A DNA stretch of 64,000 nucleotides from a virus (IMGVR_UViG_3300009082_000017:64001-128000); one strand, 5' to 3'. Positions 10,847 through 22,182 are shown, counted from the first letter of the stretch. A program made the numbers and translations. The notes: generated by a model from the letters alone, not told the origin.

Positions 10847-11334
10847 TTCCTAATAAAACGTTCATTTCATGTAGTAGAAAGGTAGGATAAAATGGAACTA
10901 ATCAAATCTAGATTAAATTTTGCTATAACACTAGAAGAATTAAAAGTTCTAGTAAAATTATTGGGCAGTATGAGTAGATCAGATGCCACCAAATTAGGTC
11001 TGACTCATGAAGAAGATGACTTAATTCTAAATATTTTTAGAAAGATTGATGAAATACTTATAAAAACACGATGAAATCACTATTTTATTAGAATAAAAGG
11101 AGAAAATATGTTAATTTTTATGGTTTCTGTAAATATTGTTGTTGGATTTGCAATTTTATTAGCATTTTATGGTATGATGAAGGCATGGATTGACACTGAC
11201 AATACGTTAGGATTGGTAATATTGAAAATCATTGGGTCAGTTTGTTGCCTTGCAATAATTCCTTGTTACATTAGTTTATGGTTGGCTACACCGCTATAAA
11301 ATTTCCATGAAATTCGCATTTCGTTGAGAATTTT

Positions 11335-11410
11335 GCCCTTGTAGCTCAGTTGGATTAAGAGCAATTCTCTTCTAAAGAATAGGTCGCGTGTTCGAGCCAC
11401 GCCAAGGGCG
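11335..11410 (+). tRNA. tRNA-Arg (anticodon TCT)
   Basis: Acceptor stem GCCCTTG/CAAGGGC, D arm TAGCTCAGTTGG, anticodon stem ATTCT/AGAAT with loop CT-TCT-AA, T arm GCGTG-TTCGAGC-CACGC; no encoded CCA. Confidence 0.93.
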
Positions 11411-11723
11411 CTAGGTAAAATTATTGAAAGGAGATATAACACAATGCCATTAACAGATGCCGAAGTAATCAAACTAATACCAAAAAAGGCTTTCCTAGAA
11501 TACGAAGAAGCAAAGAAATCAAAGAAGGTAAACTTCTACGACTACAACGCAATGAGGCAATACGCAAAACAAAATAACCTACTACGATTATATAAATTGG
11601 ATTGGAGCGACTACATGGATATGGTCGCAGGTTACAAAGTGCTGATGTACCATTACGGATTGGAATTATGGTTCGATAATAGGTGTGATGAGAAACCTAA
11701 AAAATCAAGAAAGGTGGTAGAAA

Positions 11724-11957
11724 ATGTCTAAATCTCAAAAAGTTGTAATTGTAATAATTGTTGTTATGGCTGTTATTGGAGCGGGAGTTATTGGTTTGTC
11801 TTATGGTAGATCATTAAATCAACAAACCGTGACTCATGTAGAACAAGTTTTTGCAGACGTAAATGGTGATGGAACTCTTGACCTTATCTTAAAAGGTGAT
11901 GTTATTATTAACACTGGACAATCAAATTTAGCAACCAGCCAGTTGAGCAACAATTAA
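11724..11957 (+). CDS. membrane-anchored protein with DxNxDG Ca-binding-like loop
   Basis: N-terminal TM helix; ADVNGDGTLD. Confidence 0.6.
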   Translation: MSKSQKVVIVIIVVMAVIGAGVIGLSYGRSLNQQTVTHVEQVFADVNGDGTLDLILKGDVIINTGQSNLATSQLSNN

Positions 11958-12022
11958 TTGAACCGGTTTCTAGTAACATAGAACAATCACAAGAAAACGT
12001 TTCAACTGGCACAAAAATATTA

Positions 12023-12325
12023 GTGAGAATATCGCACTATACGCCTTGGGTTGGTGGAATTAATTGTTTCAATTTTGTAAATGGTGAATGTGTTAGCAAA
12101 ATGTCAAATGGAGAACGATGGCAGGATTGGATGAATAAGGCTATTGCTTGCCCTCCAGAAATACCATTTGAATCAAAAATAATTGTTGATAATATAGAAT
12201 GGATATGTAAGGATCGTGGTGGAGCTATAACGTATGATGGATACGCTTATTGGATAGACCAATTGACAGCAAGTCCACAATATAGTTATGGTCAAGTAGT
12301 TGAAGCGATATTAATAGAACCATGA
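12023..12325 (+). CDS. 3D-domain-like (peptidoglycan-related) protein
   Basis: IACPPEIPFESKIIV...CKDRGGAI...WID resembles the 3D/DPBB signature; true start may be upstream. Confidence 0.55.
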   Translation: MRISHYTPWVGGINCFNFVNGECVSKMSNGERWQDWMNKAIACPPEIPFESKIIVDNIEWICKDRGGAITYDGYAYWIDQLTASPQYSYGQVVEAILIEP

Positions 12326-13090
12326 TAAATAAAAAAGGAGATTAATATGAAAATTACAGAATTGATCGAGAAGTTAGAACAAATTGCCGTTGATAATGGT
12401 GATATGGAAGTAGTATTACCACAGTCTTGTACCGATGAAATTACTTTGGAAGAAAGAGCATGGAACGCAGATATTAGTGAAGTAGAAACTTCTGGTACTG
12501 GTGCTGATAAAGTAACATTAATCTATTAAATCAAAAGGAGAATATAAAAATGAAAAACTTAAAACTCACACAGGATTCACAACGTAAGTGGAACGTCATT
12601 AACACAATCACTGGTTTGGTTGTGACTGGTCACTTCACCAATAAGTCTCTTGCTCTGGACGCTATGAAGAATTATAAAGAAGATGTTGTAACAGCAACCA
12701 AAAAGTCGATCACGATGTCACGCAAAGACCAGATCCGTCATGCTCGTGCAAAGGCACAGGGTATTAGTTATGCTGACTATGTTGCAAAATATGTGGTTGG
12801 AGGGTAAGATGAAAATCAATTGGAAAGCGATTTTTGGGCGTTTACTAATTTTGGTAGTTTTAGGGACTTTAACCTTTTTGTCATTTTCCCTTGGATGGGA
12901 TCTTTATGCCAAAGCATTAAGTACAGTTTTTACGGCGATTTTCCTTATTGCCATTGGCTTTGAACTGATGTTTTCATGAAATTAGTATTTCGTGGGATTG
13001 GGCAAATTAAAATTTACATTATAGGAGATTAAATGCTATTTTTCTGGATTGTGATATTGATTTTGTTTGCGGGTTGTAAGTAATTGGGTA

Positions 13091-13119
13091 TTGACAGTTT
13101 GAAATAAATATGATAGTAT
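13091..13119 (+). promoter_or_regulatory. sigma70-type promoter
   Basis: TTGACA-17 bp-TAGTAT with TG extension. Confidence 0.75.
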
Positions 13120-13340
13120 TAGTAAAGAAAAGGAGATTTAAATGGATATAAATATTCAAAAAAGTATTTTGCTTGGATTGTTTGGAATGGCATATGCTAT
13201 AAGAAGTTTGCGCCTATATATGTATACTAAATCAAAATGGGATTTATTGGGAATTTTATTTGGGGTTATAAGTATTGTATACAGTTTTACCCCATGAAAC
13301 CTGAATTTCATTGGGTTGTATAACAGAAAAGGAGAATAAA

Positions 13341-13772
13341 ATGGAAGTTGTGATTAATAAATGTTTTGGTGGATTTAGTTTATCTCCAAAAGGAATGATT
13401 GAGTATTACGGGAGAAAAGGGAAAAAAGTTTATTTTTATAAACAGACGGAATATCGTTTCAATACCGGCAAAGACCATTATGTAAAAGTTGATGAAAATA
13501 CGAACGATGGACTTTTTATCAATAGTGTCTTTGAAGACCTTGGAGATTCATTTGATAATTGGCCTGAAAACCACAATGATTTGTGGGCAGATTCAAGACC
13601 TGATCAAAGAGATGATCCTGATTTGGTAGCTACTGTGAAAAGTTTAGGTGAAAAAGCTAATGGTGCTTGCGCGTCTTTAGAGATTGTAGAAATACCTAAT
13701 GGTGTTAATTATGAAATTGATGAATATGACGGAATGGAATCAATTCATGAGTCCCATAGAAGTTGGGGATAA
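13341..13772 (+). CDS. conserved phage hypothetical protein
   Basis: VVINKCFGGFSLS...RDDPDLV...IDEYDGME; ATG at 13341 after AAGGAG. Confidence 0.75.
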   Translation: MEVVINKCFGGFSLSPKGMIEYYGRKGKKVYFYKQTEYRFNTGKDHYVKVDENTNDGLFINSVFEDLGDSFDNWPENHNDLWADSRPDQRDDPDLVATVKSLGEKANGACASLEIVEIPNGVNYEIDEYDGMESIHESHRSWG

Positions 13773-14263
13773 TTATGAATTTACAAGATTTTTTTAGTAA
13801 AACAAATAAAGTTATTGATCTTGAAAATTCACATTATCGTTTTCAAGAAATTAGACCTAGAATAATTTGTCGGGATGGTGTTTCATTATCTGTTCAAGGA
13901 AGCGAAACACATTATTGCCAACCGCGCATTAATGATTATGCCAATTATTATGAAGTAGAAGTTGGATATCCATCAATAAGACCACCTGAAACATGGAAAC
14001 AATATTTTGATGGTGAATGGCAACAAGTAGGAATTATTGGATGGATTAAAAGAGTTTGGAAAGAAAGGTCTAACATTTTCTATTCCTTGAAAAATTTGAA
14101 GGGATTAGGCAAGTGGAAGATTAAAGATATTCTTTCTTTGGAAGATAATGCAACAAGGAGTGTTTATGGTTATATTCTTAGTAGTTTAGTTGAAGATTTT
14201 ATTAATACTCATGGTGGAATAGATGAAGAAGAAACTTTTAAAAAATCTACCATGAAAGAGTAG
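13763..14263 (+). CDS. conserved phage hypothetical protein
   Basis: CRDGVSLSVQ..HYCQPR..VEVGYPS; stop inside dyad at 14252. Confidence 0.7.
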   Translation: MGIIMNLQDFFSKTNKVIDLENSHYRFQEIRPRIICRDGVSLSVQGSETHYCQPRINDYANYYEVEVGYPSIRPPETWKQYFDGEWQQVGIIGWIKRVWKERSNIFYSLKNLKGLGKWKIKDILSLEDNATRSVYGYILSSLVEDFINTHGGIDEEETFKKSTMKE

Positions 14264-14533
14264 ATTCATGTGGTTGGTGGAAAGGACAGTTATGAAAAAA
14301 TTTATATCAACACAGGGCGACTTAACAGTCGAATTAAGTCAGAACACAATCTTTATTGAAGGCACATATATTTTCAATGGTGATATTCATAACCTTCGTG
14401 TTTGGTTGGATGGTGTGGACAGCTTACTTAACAGTAATAGAAATATAGATGCCGATGAAGATATGTGGTTGCCTGAAGATATTTATGGTACTTCGGATAA
14501 TGTGGAATAATAACCCAATGAAACGAGGATTTT

Positions 14534-14917
14534 ATGGGAATGTTTGATAGTGTTGGTTTAGAATGTAATTTGCCAGAAAATATTGAACCATATAGAAAAG
14601 GTTGGTGGCAGACAAAAAGCCTTGGTAGACATATGGATCAATATTATATTGACAATGATCATATTTATAAAGAATTGTGTCATTATGAAGATGTCCCAGA
14701 GCAAGAAAGAACATTCTATGGAGAACCGGAGTGGGATAAAGATGATTTTTATAAATTAATAGGATCACAAAAACGAATAGTAGATAAAACTGTTGTGGTT
14801 GACTATACTGGCGAAATAGAATGCCATGCATATGTTGAAGAAAAACAATTAATGGTTCGATTATTATTTACTTTTGTAAACGGAAATTTATTGAAAAAAG
14901 AAGTTTTGACACCATAA
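14534..14917 (+). CDS. hypothetical protein
   Basis: MGMFD start lies in the right arm of dyad 14518; TAA stop lies in the left arm of dyad 14914. Confidence 0.75.
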   Translation: MGMFDSVGLECNLPENIEPYRKGWWQTKSLGRHMDQYYIDNDHIYKELCHYEDVPEQERTFYGEPEWDKDDFYKLIGSQKRIVDKTVVVDYTGEIECHAYVEEKQLMVRLLFTFVNGNLLKKEVLTP

Positions 14918-15204
14918 AATAATGGTTTCATGGAGAAAAAATGAAAACAAAAATGTATGAAGTATTTTTTGAAATTATTGGAAAGCATTTAGATGCTCAT
15001 AAATTTCTGAACGCTAATGAAGATTGGCTTCTAGAAATGTATAAGGATTTGTCTAATAATATTCCCAATTCTACAATCAAAGATATTAAACGACTTGACC
15101 TATATAACATGGGTCACATTGACTATCATCATAAATTCGCTCTGCATTGTGATGAATTATATCAGAAAAACACCCCATAAATTATGTATTTCATGGGAAA
15201 TTAC

Positions 15205-15233
15205 TTGACTTTTTGCAATAAATATGATAATAT
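15205..15233 (+). promoter_or_regulatory. sigma70-type promoter of the NAD operon
   Basis: TTGACT-17 bp-TAATAT with TG extension. Confidence 0.8.
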
Positions 15234-15250
15234 TATAAAAAAGGAGCATT

Positions 15251-16024
15251 ATGAAAATATTCGCAATAGATAATGGAGCAAATTTAAAACTAACCACATT
15301 CCCAGACGGACAACCTCATATCCAGGTTATTGATTTTGATCCTCCAGATGAGGCTATGGTAGTTTGTTCAATCACATCACCATCAAAACTTTTGCAATTA
15401 TTAGAATTGTCAAATGCATTACAATACCTAAAAACAAAAAGAACTTGTTTGAGTATTCCATATCTTATGTGCGCAAGATCAGATAGGCATATGTTGGAAG
15501 GTGATAGTTTTGATTTGGAAGTAATGGCGATATTAATTAATCTTTGCGATTTTGAAGAAGTTTTGTTATGTGATGTTCATTCTGAAGTTGCAACAAAACT
15601 AATCAAAAACTCTAAAAATATTGTTCCTAACTTATTAGAAAAATATGATAAAGAAAACCCTTTATATATTTGCCCAGACAAGGGAGCAATTAACAGAGTC
15701 CCAAAAGATGTAGAAGTGATTTATTGCGAAAAGTCTAGGGATTTATCAACAGGAAAAATTACACTCAAAGTAAATACTCCAGAAAAAGCGTGGGGTAGAA
15801 ATTGTATTATTGTTGATGACATTTGCGATGGAGGAGGAACATTTATTGCAATAGCCGAACAAATTAATCCAAATCATTTAACGCTTGCTGTGACCCATGG
15901 AATTTTTTCAAAAGGGTTAGACATATTATTTGAATATTTTGATGAAATTATTACTACCAATAGTTATGCCTGTTTTGACTTACAAGAAAAATATAAAAAT
16001 TTAAAAATGATCAGGGTATCATAA
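15251..16024 (+). CDS. ribose-phosphate pyrophosphokinase-like protein (possible ADPR-PP synthetase, Adps)
   Basis: FPDGQ, PYLMCARSDR, DVHS, CPDKGA, PRPP loop IVDDICDGGGTF, VTHGIFS. Confidence 0.9.
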   Translation: MKIFAIDNGANLKLTTFPDGQPHIQVIDFDPPDEAMVVCSITSPSKLLQLLELSNALQYLKTKRTCLSIPYLMCARSDRHMLEGDSFDLEVMAILINLCDFEEVLLCDVHSEVATKLIKNSKNIVPNLLEKYDKENPLYICPDKGAINRVPKDVEVIYCEKSRDLSTGKITLKVNTPEKAWGRNCIIVDDICDGGGTFIAIAEQINPNHLTLAVTHGIFSKGLDILFEYFDEIITTNSYACFDLQEKYKNLKMIRVS

Positions 16025-16049
16025 TAAAAAAGAAAAGGAGAAATATAAT

Positions 16050-17510
16050 ATGAAAGAAATTAATCCATTTTTACTTACCGACTTCTATAAGGTTGGACAT
16101 GTGTTTCAATATCCAAAAGGAACTACCCTTGTTTATTCAAATATGACACCAAGGCAATCACGCTTAAAAGGTGTTGATAAGATGGTGGTTTTTGGTATTC
16201 AGTGGTTTATTAAACGATACTTATTAGAATATTTTAATGAGAATTTCTTCAATCGTCCGAAAGAAGAAGTTATGGCTGAATACAAACGTATGATTTTTTA
16301 TACATTGGGTGGTGATTTGCCATCCTATGAACATATTGCTAAAATCCATGATTTAGGATTTTTGCCAATCGAAATTAAAGCATTACCAGAAGGATCAACA
16401 GTCTCTATGCGTATTCCTTTTCTTACGATTGTAAATACTAAACCAGAATTTTATTGGTTAACTAATTTTATTGAATCTTTGATTTCTTCTGTTATTTGGC
16501 AACCCTGTACAAGTGCCACTATTGCTTACGAATATCGTAAGATTTTGAATAAGTATGGCACAATTACAGGAATGTCTCCAGATACAGTTCAATGGCAAGG
16601 ACATGATTTCTCATTTCGTGGAATGAGCAGTCCTGAAAGTGCTGCGACTAGTGGTATGGCTCATTTGCTTTCCTTTACTGGAACCGATGGTATCCCTGCT
16701 ATTGCAAGACTTGAACAGTACTATAATGCAAATGTTGAAAAAGAACTTGTAGGTGCTAGTATTTCTGCTACGGAGCATTCTGTAATGAGTGCCGGTGGAT
16801 TTGAAAATCAATTCGATACATACAAACGATTGATTACGGAAATCTATCCAAATGGTATGCTTGCTATTGTTAGTGACACCTGGAATCTTTGGGATGTATT
16901 AACTGATTTTATGCCAAGGCTTAAGAATGACATTATGTCTCGTGATGGTAAAATTGTTATTCGTCCTGATAGTGGAGATCCTGTTTTAATTATTTGTGGA
17001 AATCCTGCTGGAAAAACTGAAGAAGAGCGTAAAGGTGTTGTTGAGCTTCTTTGGGAAGTGTTTGGTGGAACTCTTACTTCTACCGGCTATAAACTGCTTG
17101 ATTCTCATATTGGAACCATTTATGGCGATAGTATTACACGAGAACGTTGTGAAGAAATTTGCTCACGTTTAGAGAAAAAAGGTTTTGCTTCTCAGGCGGT
17201 TTTAGGAATTGGTAGTTATACTTACCAATACAATACTCGTGATACTTTTGGAACAGCAATGAAGTCAACTTATGTTGAAATTAAAAATATTGGTATGGCA
17301 ATTTTTAAACATCCTGTTACAGACGATGGAACCAAGTTTTCTGCAACTGGTTTGTTAGAAGTTGTAAAAGATGGTAATAGAGAATTTGTGTTGAAAGAAA
17401 ATGTAACTTGGGATGAAGAAAAACAAGGCGAATTAAAAACTGTATTTTTGGATGGAAAGTTGACAAAAGATTTTACTCTGGCAGAAATTAGAAATAATCT
17501 TTGGGGTTAG
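16050..17510 (+). CDS. nicotinamide phosphoribosyltransferase-like protein (NadV/Namat-like)
   Basis: TDFYKVGH, HDFSFRG, ATEHSVM, VSDTW, IRPDSGDP, IYGDSIT, GIGSYTYQ..TRDT. Confidence 0.93.
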   Translation: MKEINPFLLTDFYKVGHVFQYPKGTTLVYSNMTPRQSRLKGVDKMVVFGIQWFIKRYLLEYFNENFFNRPKEEVMAEYKRMIFYTLGGDLPSYEHIAKIHDLGFLPIEIKALPEGSTVSMRIPFLTIVNTKPEFYWLTNFIESLISSVIWQPCTSATIAYEYRKILNKYGTITGMSPDTVQWQGHDFSFRGMSSPESAATSGMAHLLSFTGTDGIPAIARLEQYYNANVEKELVGASISATEHSVMSAGGFENQFDTYKRLITEIYPNGMLAIVSDTWNLWDVLTDFMPRLKNDIMSRDGKIVIRPDSGDPVLIICGNPAGKTEEERKGVVELLWEVFGGTLTSTGYKLLDSHIGTIYGDSITRERCEEICSRLEKKGFASQAVLGIGSYTYQYNTRDTFGTAMKSTYVEIKNIGMAIFKHPVTDDGTKFSATGLLEVVKDGNREFVLKENVTWDEEKQGELKTVFLDGKLTKDFTLAEIRNNLWG

Positions 17511-17516
17511 GGCACA

Positions 17517-18032
17517 TTGAAAAGATATATTGTATATCTTAAGAAAGTATTGACGCATAAATGGTTTGTGTTTTTGGCTTGTCTAAATTTAGGAGTACCG
17601 TTTTATTTAGCGGTACTCCATGACATTTCAAAATTTAGTTCAGTTGAATTTGTTCCTTACGCAAAATATTTTTATAATAAAAAAGGAGAGTCTAATCAAA
17701 TTAGAAATGCTCATGGATCATACGATCCTGCAAAGCAAGCTGACAGTTTTAGATACGCTTGGTTACACCATCAAAATCATAACAAACATCATTTTGGATA
17801 TTGGTGTATAATTGGGAATGATAGTGTCATAAGCCCGATGCAGATTCCAGATATTTATGTGAGAGAAATGATTGCTGATTGGATTGGAGCAGGGAAGGCG
17901 TATTCTAGTAAATCTACTCCGCAAGAATGGTATGATAAAGAAAAAGGTAATTTGATATTACATGAAAAAACCAGGATTCGAATTGAAGAGTTATTAGGAG
18001 AATTAGATGGAACTACCACAAGAATATTATGA
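17517..18032 (+). CDS. HD-like phosphohydrolase-fold protein (DUF5662-like)
   Basis: HKWFV, HDISK, AWLHH..N.HH, EMIADW; paralogue at 42910. Confidence 0.75.
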   Translation: MKRYIVYLKKVLTHKWFVFLACLNLGVPFYLAVLHDISKFSSVEFVPYAKYFYNKKGESNQIRNAHGSYDPAKQADSFRYAWLHHQNHNKHHFGYWCIIGNDSVISPMQIPDIYVREMIADWIGAGKAYSSKSTPQEWYDKEKGNLILHEKTRIRIEELLGELDGTTTRIL

Positions 18033-18257
18033 TTTCTGTCATCAATTTAAAACAGGTGTAAAATTTAGAATCAACCGATGGAATGTTCAAAATGGCGAAC
18101 GCTTGTTGCATGTCTTAGATAATTATGACGAAGATCATATTGCTATCAAATTCTTTGGCAAACATAAACAATATTGGCATTATGATTTTATGGATGGTTA
18201 TTTGTTATGGGAATGTGATAAAGCTGGTTGGTTAGAGTTTGTTAAATAAAGGAGAAA

Positions 18258-18791
18258 ATGGCAAAGAAAAAAGAATTTAATGAATATGTGATCGAAGGTG
18301 ACACAACTAAAATAAAAGTTAGTTATAAACAACTTACATTGTGGACAATTATTGACACCGAAGATTTACAGAAATTAATCAGTTTAGGTTATCATTGGTA
18401 TGCAAGATATAGAAAATATTTAAATAATTATTACATCCAATGCAATACTTATTTTGATGGAATACATAAAAATGTTTTATTGCACCAATTTGTTTTAAAT
18501 TATTTTGACCCATATGGTATAGATCATATTGATAACAATAGTCTGAATAATACAAAAAATAATTTAAGAATAAGCGATCATAGACAAAATCATAGGAACA
18601 GGAAGTCACGAAATAGTAATAATAAAACAGGGTATCGGAATGTTTCTTTTTCGCATGATAAATATATTGTCACATTACAAGTTGATGGAAAACAGAAAAC
18701 GTTAGGAACTTTTGACGATGTAGACGAAGCAGGCAGGTTCGCGGAAGAGATGAGATTGAAATATTACGGTGATTGGGCAGGGAAGAATTAG
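18258..18791 (+). CDS. HNH homing endonuclease with AP2-like C-terminus
   Basis: IDHIDNNSLNNTKNNLR; NKTGYRNV...LGTFDDVDEA. Confidence 0.85.
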   Translation: MAKKKEFNEYVIEGDTTKIKVSYKQLTLWTIIDTEDLQKLISLGYHWYARYRKYLNNYYIQCNTYFDGIHKNVLLHQFVLNYFDPYGIDHIDNNSLNNTKNNLRISDHRQNHRNRKSRNSNNKTGYRNVSFSHDKYIVTLQVDGKQKTLGTFDDVDEAGRFAEEMRLKYYGDWAGKN

Positions 18792-18827
18792 TTTCAATGA
18801 ATGGAACATTTCATGTGAAATTGGCAC

Positions 18828-18856
18828 TTGACAAAAATCAAGAATAGGTGTATAAA
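18828..18856 (+). promoter_or_regulatory. sigma70-type promoter
   Basis: TTGACA-17 bp-TATAAA. Confidence 0.75.
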
Positions 18857-18876
18857 TATAGAAAGGAGAAAATATT

Positions 18877-19503
18877 ATGTATGCGAGAATAACATTCAAT
18901 AATGGACAACAATTTACATTAAAGAGAATTCAAGAAATTGAAAAAACTATTGCAGACCAATTAGATAAATCGCAAATGTGCAAAGATCCAGAAGGACGAA
19001 TTACCTCTTATAATACATGGAGGTATTCTGATGATCCCGAAAGCGAAGAAGTAAAATCTGGTAAGAAAAAGTTAGTAACTTTTGTTGATTTATATGAGAT
19101 TGGTTCTTCAAAAGAATATATCGTTGATTTAGATTTATTTTTATCAAAACATCCAGAATTAAAAGTGGGATTACGTGGAACTCCTCCAAATGCAACACAG
19201 GATTATTCTTCTTTGATTCAACAAATTATTGGTATTCAAGATAAATTTGAAAATGCTTTAAAAATGTTTGATCAACAAATTGAGTTTAATCAAAAATGTG
19301 ATGTACATGTTGTCAACTTAGGACTATTAAATATTAATCAATTGGGTTATGCTGTTGATTATTGTACAGAGCAATTGCAAGAAATTGTTAATCAAGGTTG
19401 GAGAATTATTGCTTGCTGTGTTCAACCAGATGGACGTAGACCAGATTATATTCTTGGTCGATATGTCGCTGAAGGTAAAGATTTTGAGTGTGTTAAGTTT
19501 TAA
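18877..19503 (+). CDS. hypothetical phage protein
   Basis: 208 aa; own promoter and SD; bounded by dyads 18797 and 19509. Confidence 0.75.
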   Translation: MYARITFNNGQQFTLKRIQEIEKTIADQLDKSQMCKDPEGRITSYNTWRYSDDPESEEVKSGKKKLVTFVDLYEIGSSKEYIVDLDLFLSKHPELKVGLRGTPPNATQDYSSLIQQIIGIQDKFENALKMFDQQIEFNQKCDVHVVNLGLLNINQLGYAVDYCTEQLQEIVNQGWRIIACCVQPDGRRPDYILGRYVAEGKDFECVKF

Positions 19504-19550
19504 TCCCCATGAAAAACTTATTTCATGTGGTATAAAAGAGAGGATAATGA

Positions 19551-19955
19551 ATGGATGGTTATATAGATCATGTAGCAATTTATGCAAAGCAATTAAATGA
19601 TGAATGGCAAAAAGAATTACAATCAAATTTCAAATTAGAATTAGAAAAGGAGATTTATAAAAAAATGGAATACACACCGATTTTTAGTACTTTATATAGT
19701 TATGGGACATCTACACAACAATTTAAGAAATCAGATTTGGTTCCAACAAAGATTATTTACAATGACAAAACCACTGTTTGCTATTTTAAAGATGGTAGTA
19801 AAGAAATGGTTCATTGCGCTGAAGATGAACAATTTGTAAAAGAAGTTGGTGTGATGAGTTGTATTATGAAGAAGTTATTTGATAGCAGGAATGATTTCAA
19901 ACGGCTAGTCAATTCTGGTTATGTACAACCTCAAAAGGTTGAAAAGAAAGACTAA
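19551..19955 (+). CDS. hypothetical phage protein
   Basis: KIIYNDKTTVCYFKDG...EVGVMSCIMKK, similar to 31650-31898; bounded by dyads. Confidence 0.7.
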   Translation: MDGYIDHVAIYAKQLNDEWQKELQSNFKLELEKEIYKKMEYTPIFSTLYSYGTSTQQFKKSDLVPTKIIYNDKTTVCYFKDGSKEMVHCAEDEQFVKEVGVMSCIMKKLFDSRNDFKRLVNSGYVQPQKVEKKD

Positions 19956-20013
19956 CTACCACATGAAATCTGGCTTTCATGGTGTAGTATAAATATAATA
20001 AAAGGAGAATGAA

Positions 20014-20487
20014 ATGATTGTAGTAGTTGGATTTGTAACACTTATTGGTACAATTGCTTTGTCTTGTGCGGCGTTTGAAGGCTGGAATAAAAAATGGTTA
20101 GGAATATTATCTTTAGTAGTGGGAGTATTGCTCATTGCGGGAGAAATTACTTTAGGAGTTATTTCTTGTGATACATATTCGGAAAATAATATTCCCTTAT
20201 ATGCCGGATATAATAATTCAGAAATTAATGCGCACTTCTTTTTGGGGTCTGGATCAATTAATGACACCGACATGGTATATTTCTGGATAGACCAAAATGG
20301 AGTAAAATCAAAGCATGAAGCAAGAATGAGTGACAGTGTATTTATTGAAGATGGTAAAAATACTTTGGTTTTAAAAGAGACTGATTGTAAAGATAATCTG
20401 CATTGGTTATTTATTTGTGACGAAACATTTGAGTATGAATTTCATGTTCCAGAAAATTCAATTGTTCAAATGTATCAATATCATTAA
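20014..20487 (+). CDS. membrane protein
   Basis: two N-terminal TM helices, FFLGSGSI motif; bounded by dyads. Confidence 0.7.
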   Translation: MIVVVGFVTLIGTIALSCAAFEGWNKKWLGILSLVVGVLLIAGEITLGVISCDTYSENNIPLYAGYNNSEINAHFFLGSGSINDTDMVYFWIDQNGVKSKHEARMSDSVFIEDGKNTLVLKETDCKDNLHWLFICDETFEYEFHVPENSIVQMYQYH

Positions 20488-21388
20488 CTCCATGAAACTG
20501 CGCTTTCATGGGAAGATCAGAAAGGATTGATATGAAATCTACAAAAGATATTTCTCAAAAGTTAAAAGAAGCTGAATTGCTTCTTGAAAAATTTAATTTA
20601 GAATATATGGACAAATATGATTATGGCGACCCAGAATGTGGCGAAGAAGAAGTGTCGCTAAAGAAGGAAATAGAAATTTTAAAATGGGTTCTTGGTAAGT
20701 AATACGGGGTAATGAAAGGACGATTTCATGGGAAAACAAGCAGTAATTTATTTCAAAAATGGAACTAAAGATTGGGTTGATCCGATTGACGATGAATCTA
20801 GAGATATATTTTATGGAGATTCTGTTATAATTGTTACCAATGGAGCGAATAATAAATATGTTTATGATAAGTTGTCAGTTGAAAAGATTGAATTTATTGA
20901 ATTGGATAATATAGAATGACAAAAATGATTTGTACTTGTAAAGAATTTACTGAAAATATGTCGAAATTAAATGACTCGACAATGTATGCGTTCCTTCATG
21001 GACATCAACTTGGAGCAGGGTTTGTATATTTTAGATTTTGTCCATGGTGTAGCAAAAAATTATTTGATGACGATATTAATACTTGGTCTGGTTCTGGCGA
21101 AGATAAACAAGGTGAACTAAATTATTAATTGAGAAAGGAATAAAAATGGTACAAAATTCAAATTTGGGATTAAAGATTGATGGTCTCGAAGGTTGCCCTT
21201 GGTGTGGCAGTCATGTTTTGAAACATTATGAGAACAATCAATTTAAGGCATTACAATGTCAATATTGTTTAGCTATTGGAGGAATATTGCCACATATTCA
21301 TTTTGCAGATAGTGAATATTTAGATTCCAGTAGGTGGCAATTAGTATATTCAAGATGGAATAAAAGATTACAATAAAATAACAATTTC

Positions 21389-21823
21389 GTGGGAACAATA
21401 GGTGATAAAATGTTTGACAAATGGTATGTGCAATATTGTTTTAATAATATATTAAAAGAAGCTGGAGATCCTCCATTAAGACTTGTATCAAGAAAATTTT
21501 TTGAAGAACAAGTTGGTAAGGGATTTAAGGGATCTTTTGGTATGGCATCAAATTCTATTAATGTTATTTGGATTAATAAAAATCATCCCGATACACTAGA
21601 ATTACAAGATACTATTTGGCATGAAATCCTTCATTGTTTATTCCCAAGAACGGCCGAATGGTGGATAGAGCTTTCTGCAAAAAGATTATCAAAAAATATA
21701 TTTAGTGACTATGGGTTCCATGCAGAAAAATTAAATAAATGCTTAGAAGATGTTCCATCTCGAACACAATTATTAAAAATGGTAAAAGCAACGTCTGATG
21801 CAATGAATGGTTGTGTAAAATAA
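21389..21823 (+). CDS. putative HExxH metallopeptidase-like protein
   Basis: TIWHEILHC; start uncertain (probably the downstream ATG). Confidence 0.55.
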   Translation: MGTIGDKMFDKWYVQYCFNNILKEAGDPPLRLVSRKFFEEQVGKGFKGSFGMASNSINVIWINKNHPDTLELQDTIWHEILHCLFPRTAEWWIELSAKRLSKNIFSDYGFHAEKLNKCLEDVPSRTQLLKMVKATSDAMNGCVK

Positions 21824-22182
21824 TACCTAATGAAATGTAGGTTTCATGGTAATAAGAAAGGAGAAGTTCTATGCCAGATAACGAATCATTAAAATATTCT
21901 GGTCTTTCAAATACAGATATAAATATGATGATTGCCAAGTTGTTAAAACTAGATTTTACTAGATTTAATGATGTTGATAATCCAGACTCATGTGGCGATT
22001 GGGCGTATACTGGGTCAATTTTAGACGAAGTTATGTCTAAACATCCTATTGAAATTCATAATGTAGAAGCAGGATTTTTAATTTATGTGGATTGTTGCAG
22101 AGAGTTTTCAGGGGAAGATTTAAAAAGATTGTTATGTGAAGTGTGGTTGTCAGATTATGATTAATGAGATTTATATTCCATC

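Noticed and set aside
11335-11410. tRNA as a prophage attachment boundary
   Set aside because: No duplicated tRNA 3' end was seen, and gene style is the same on both sides.
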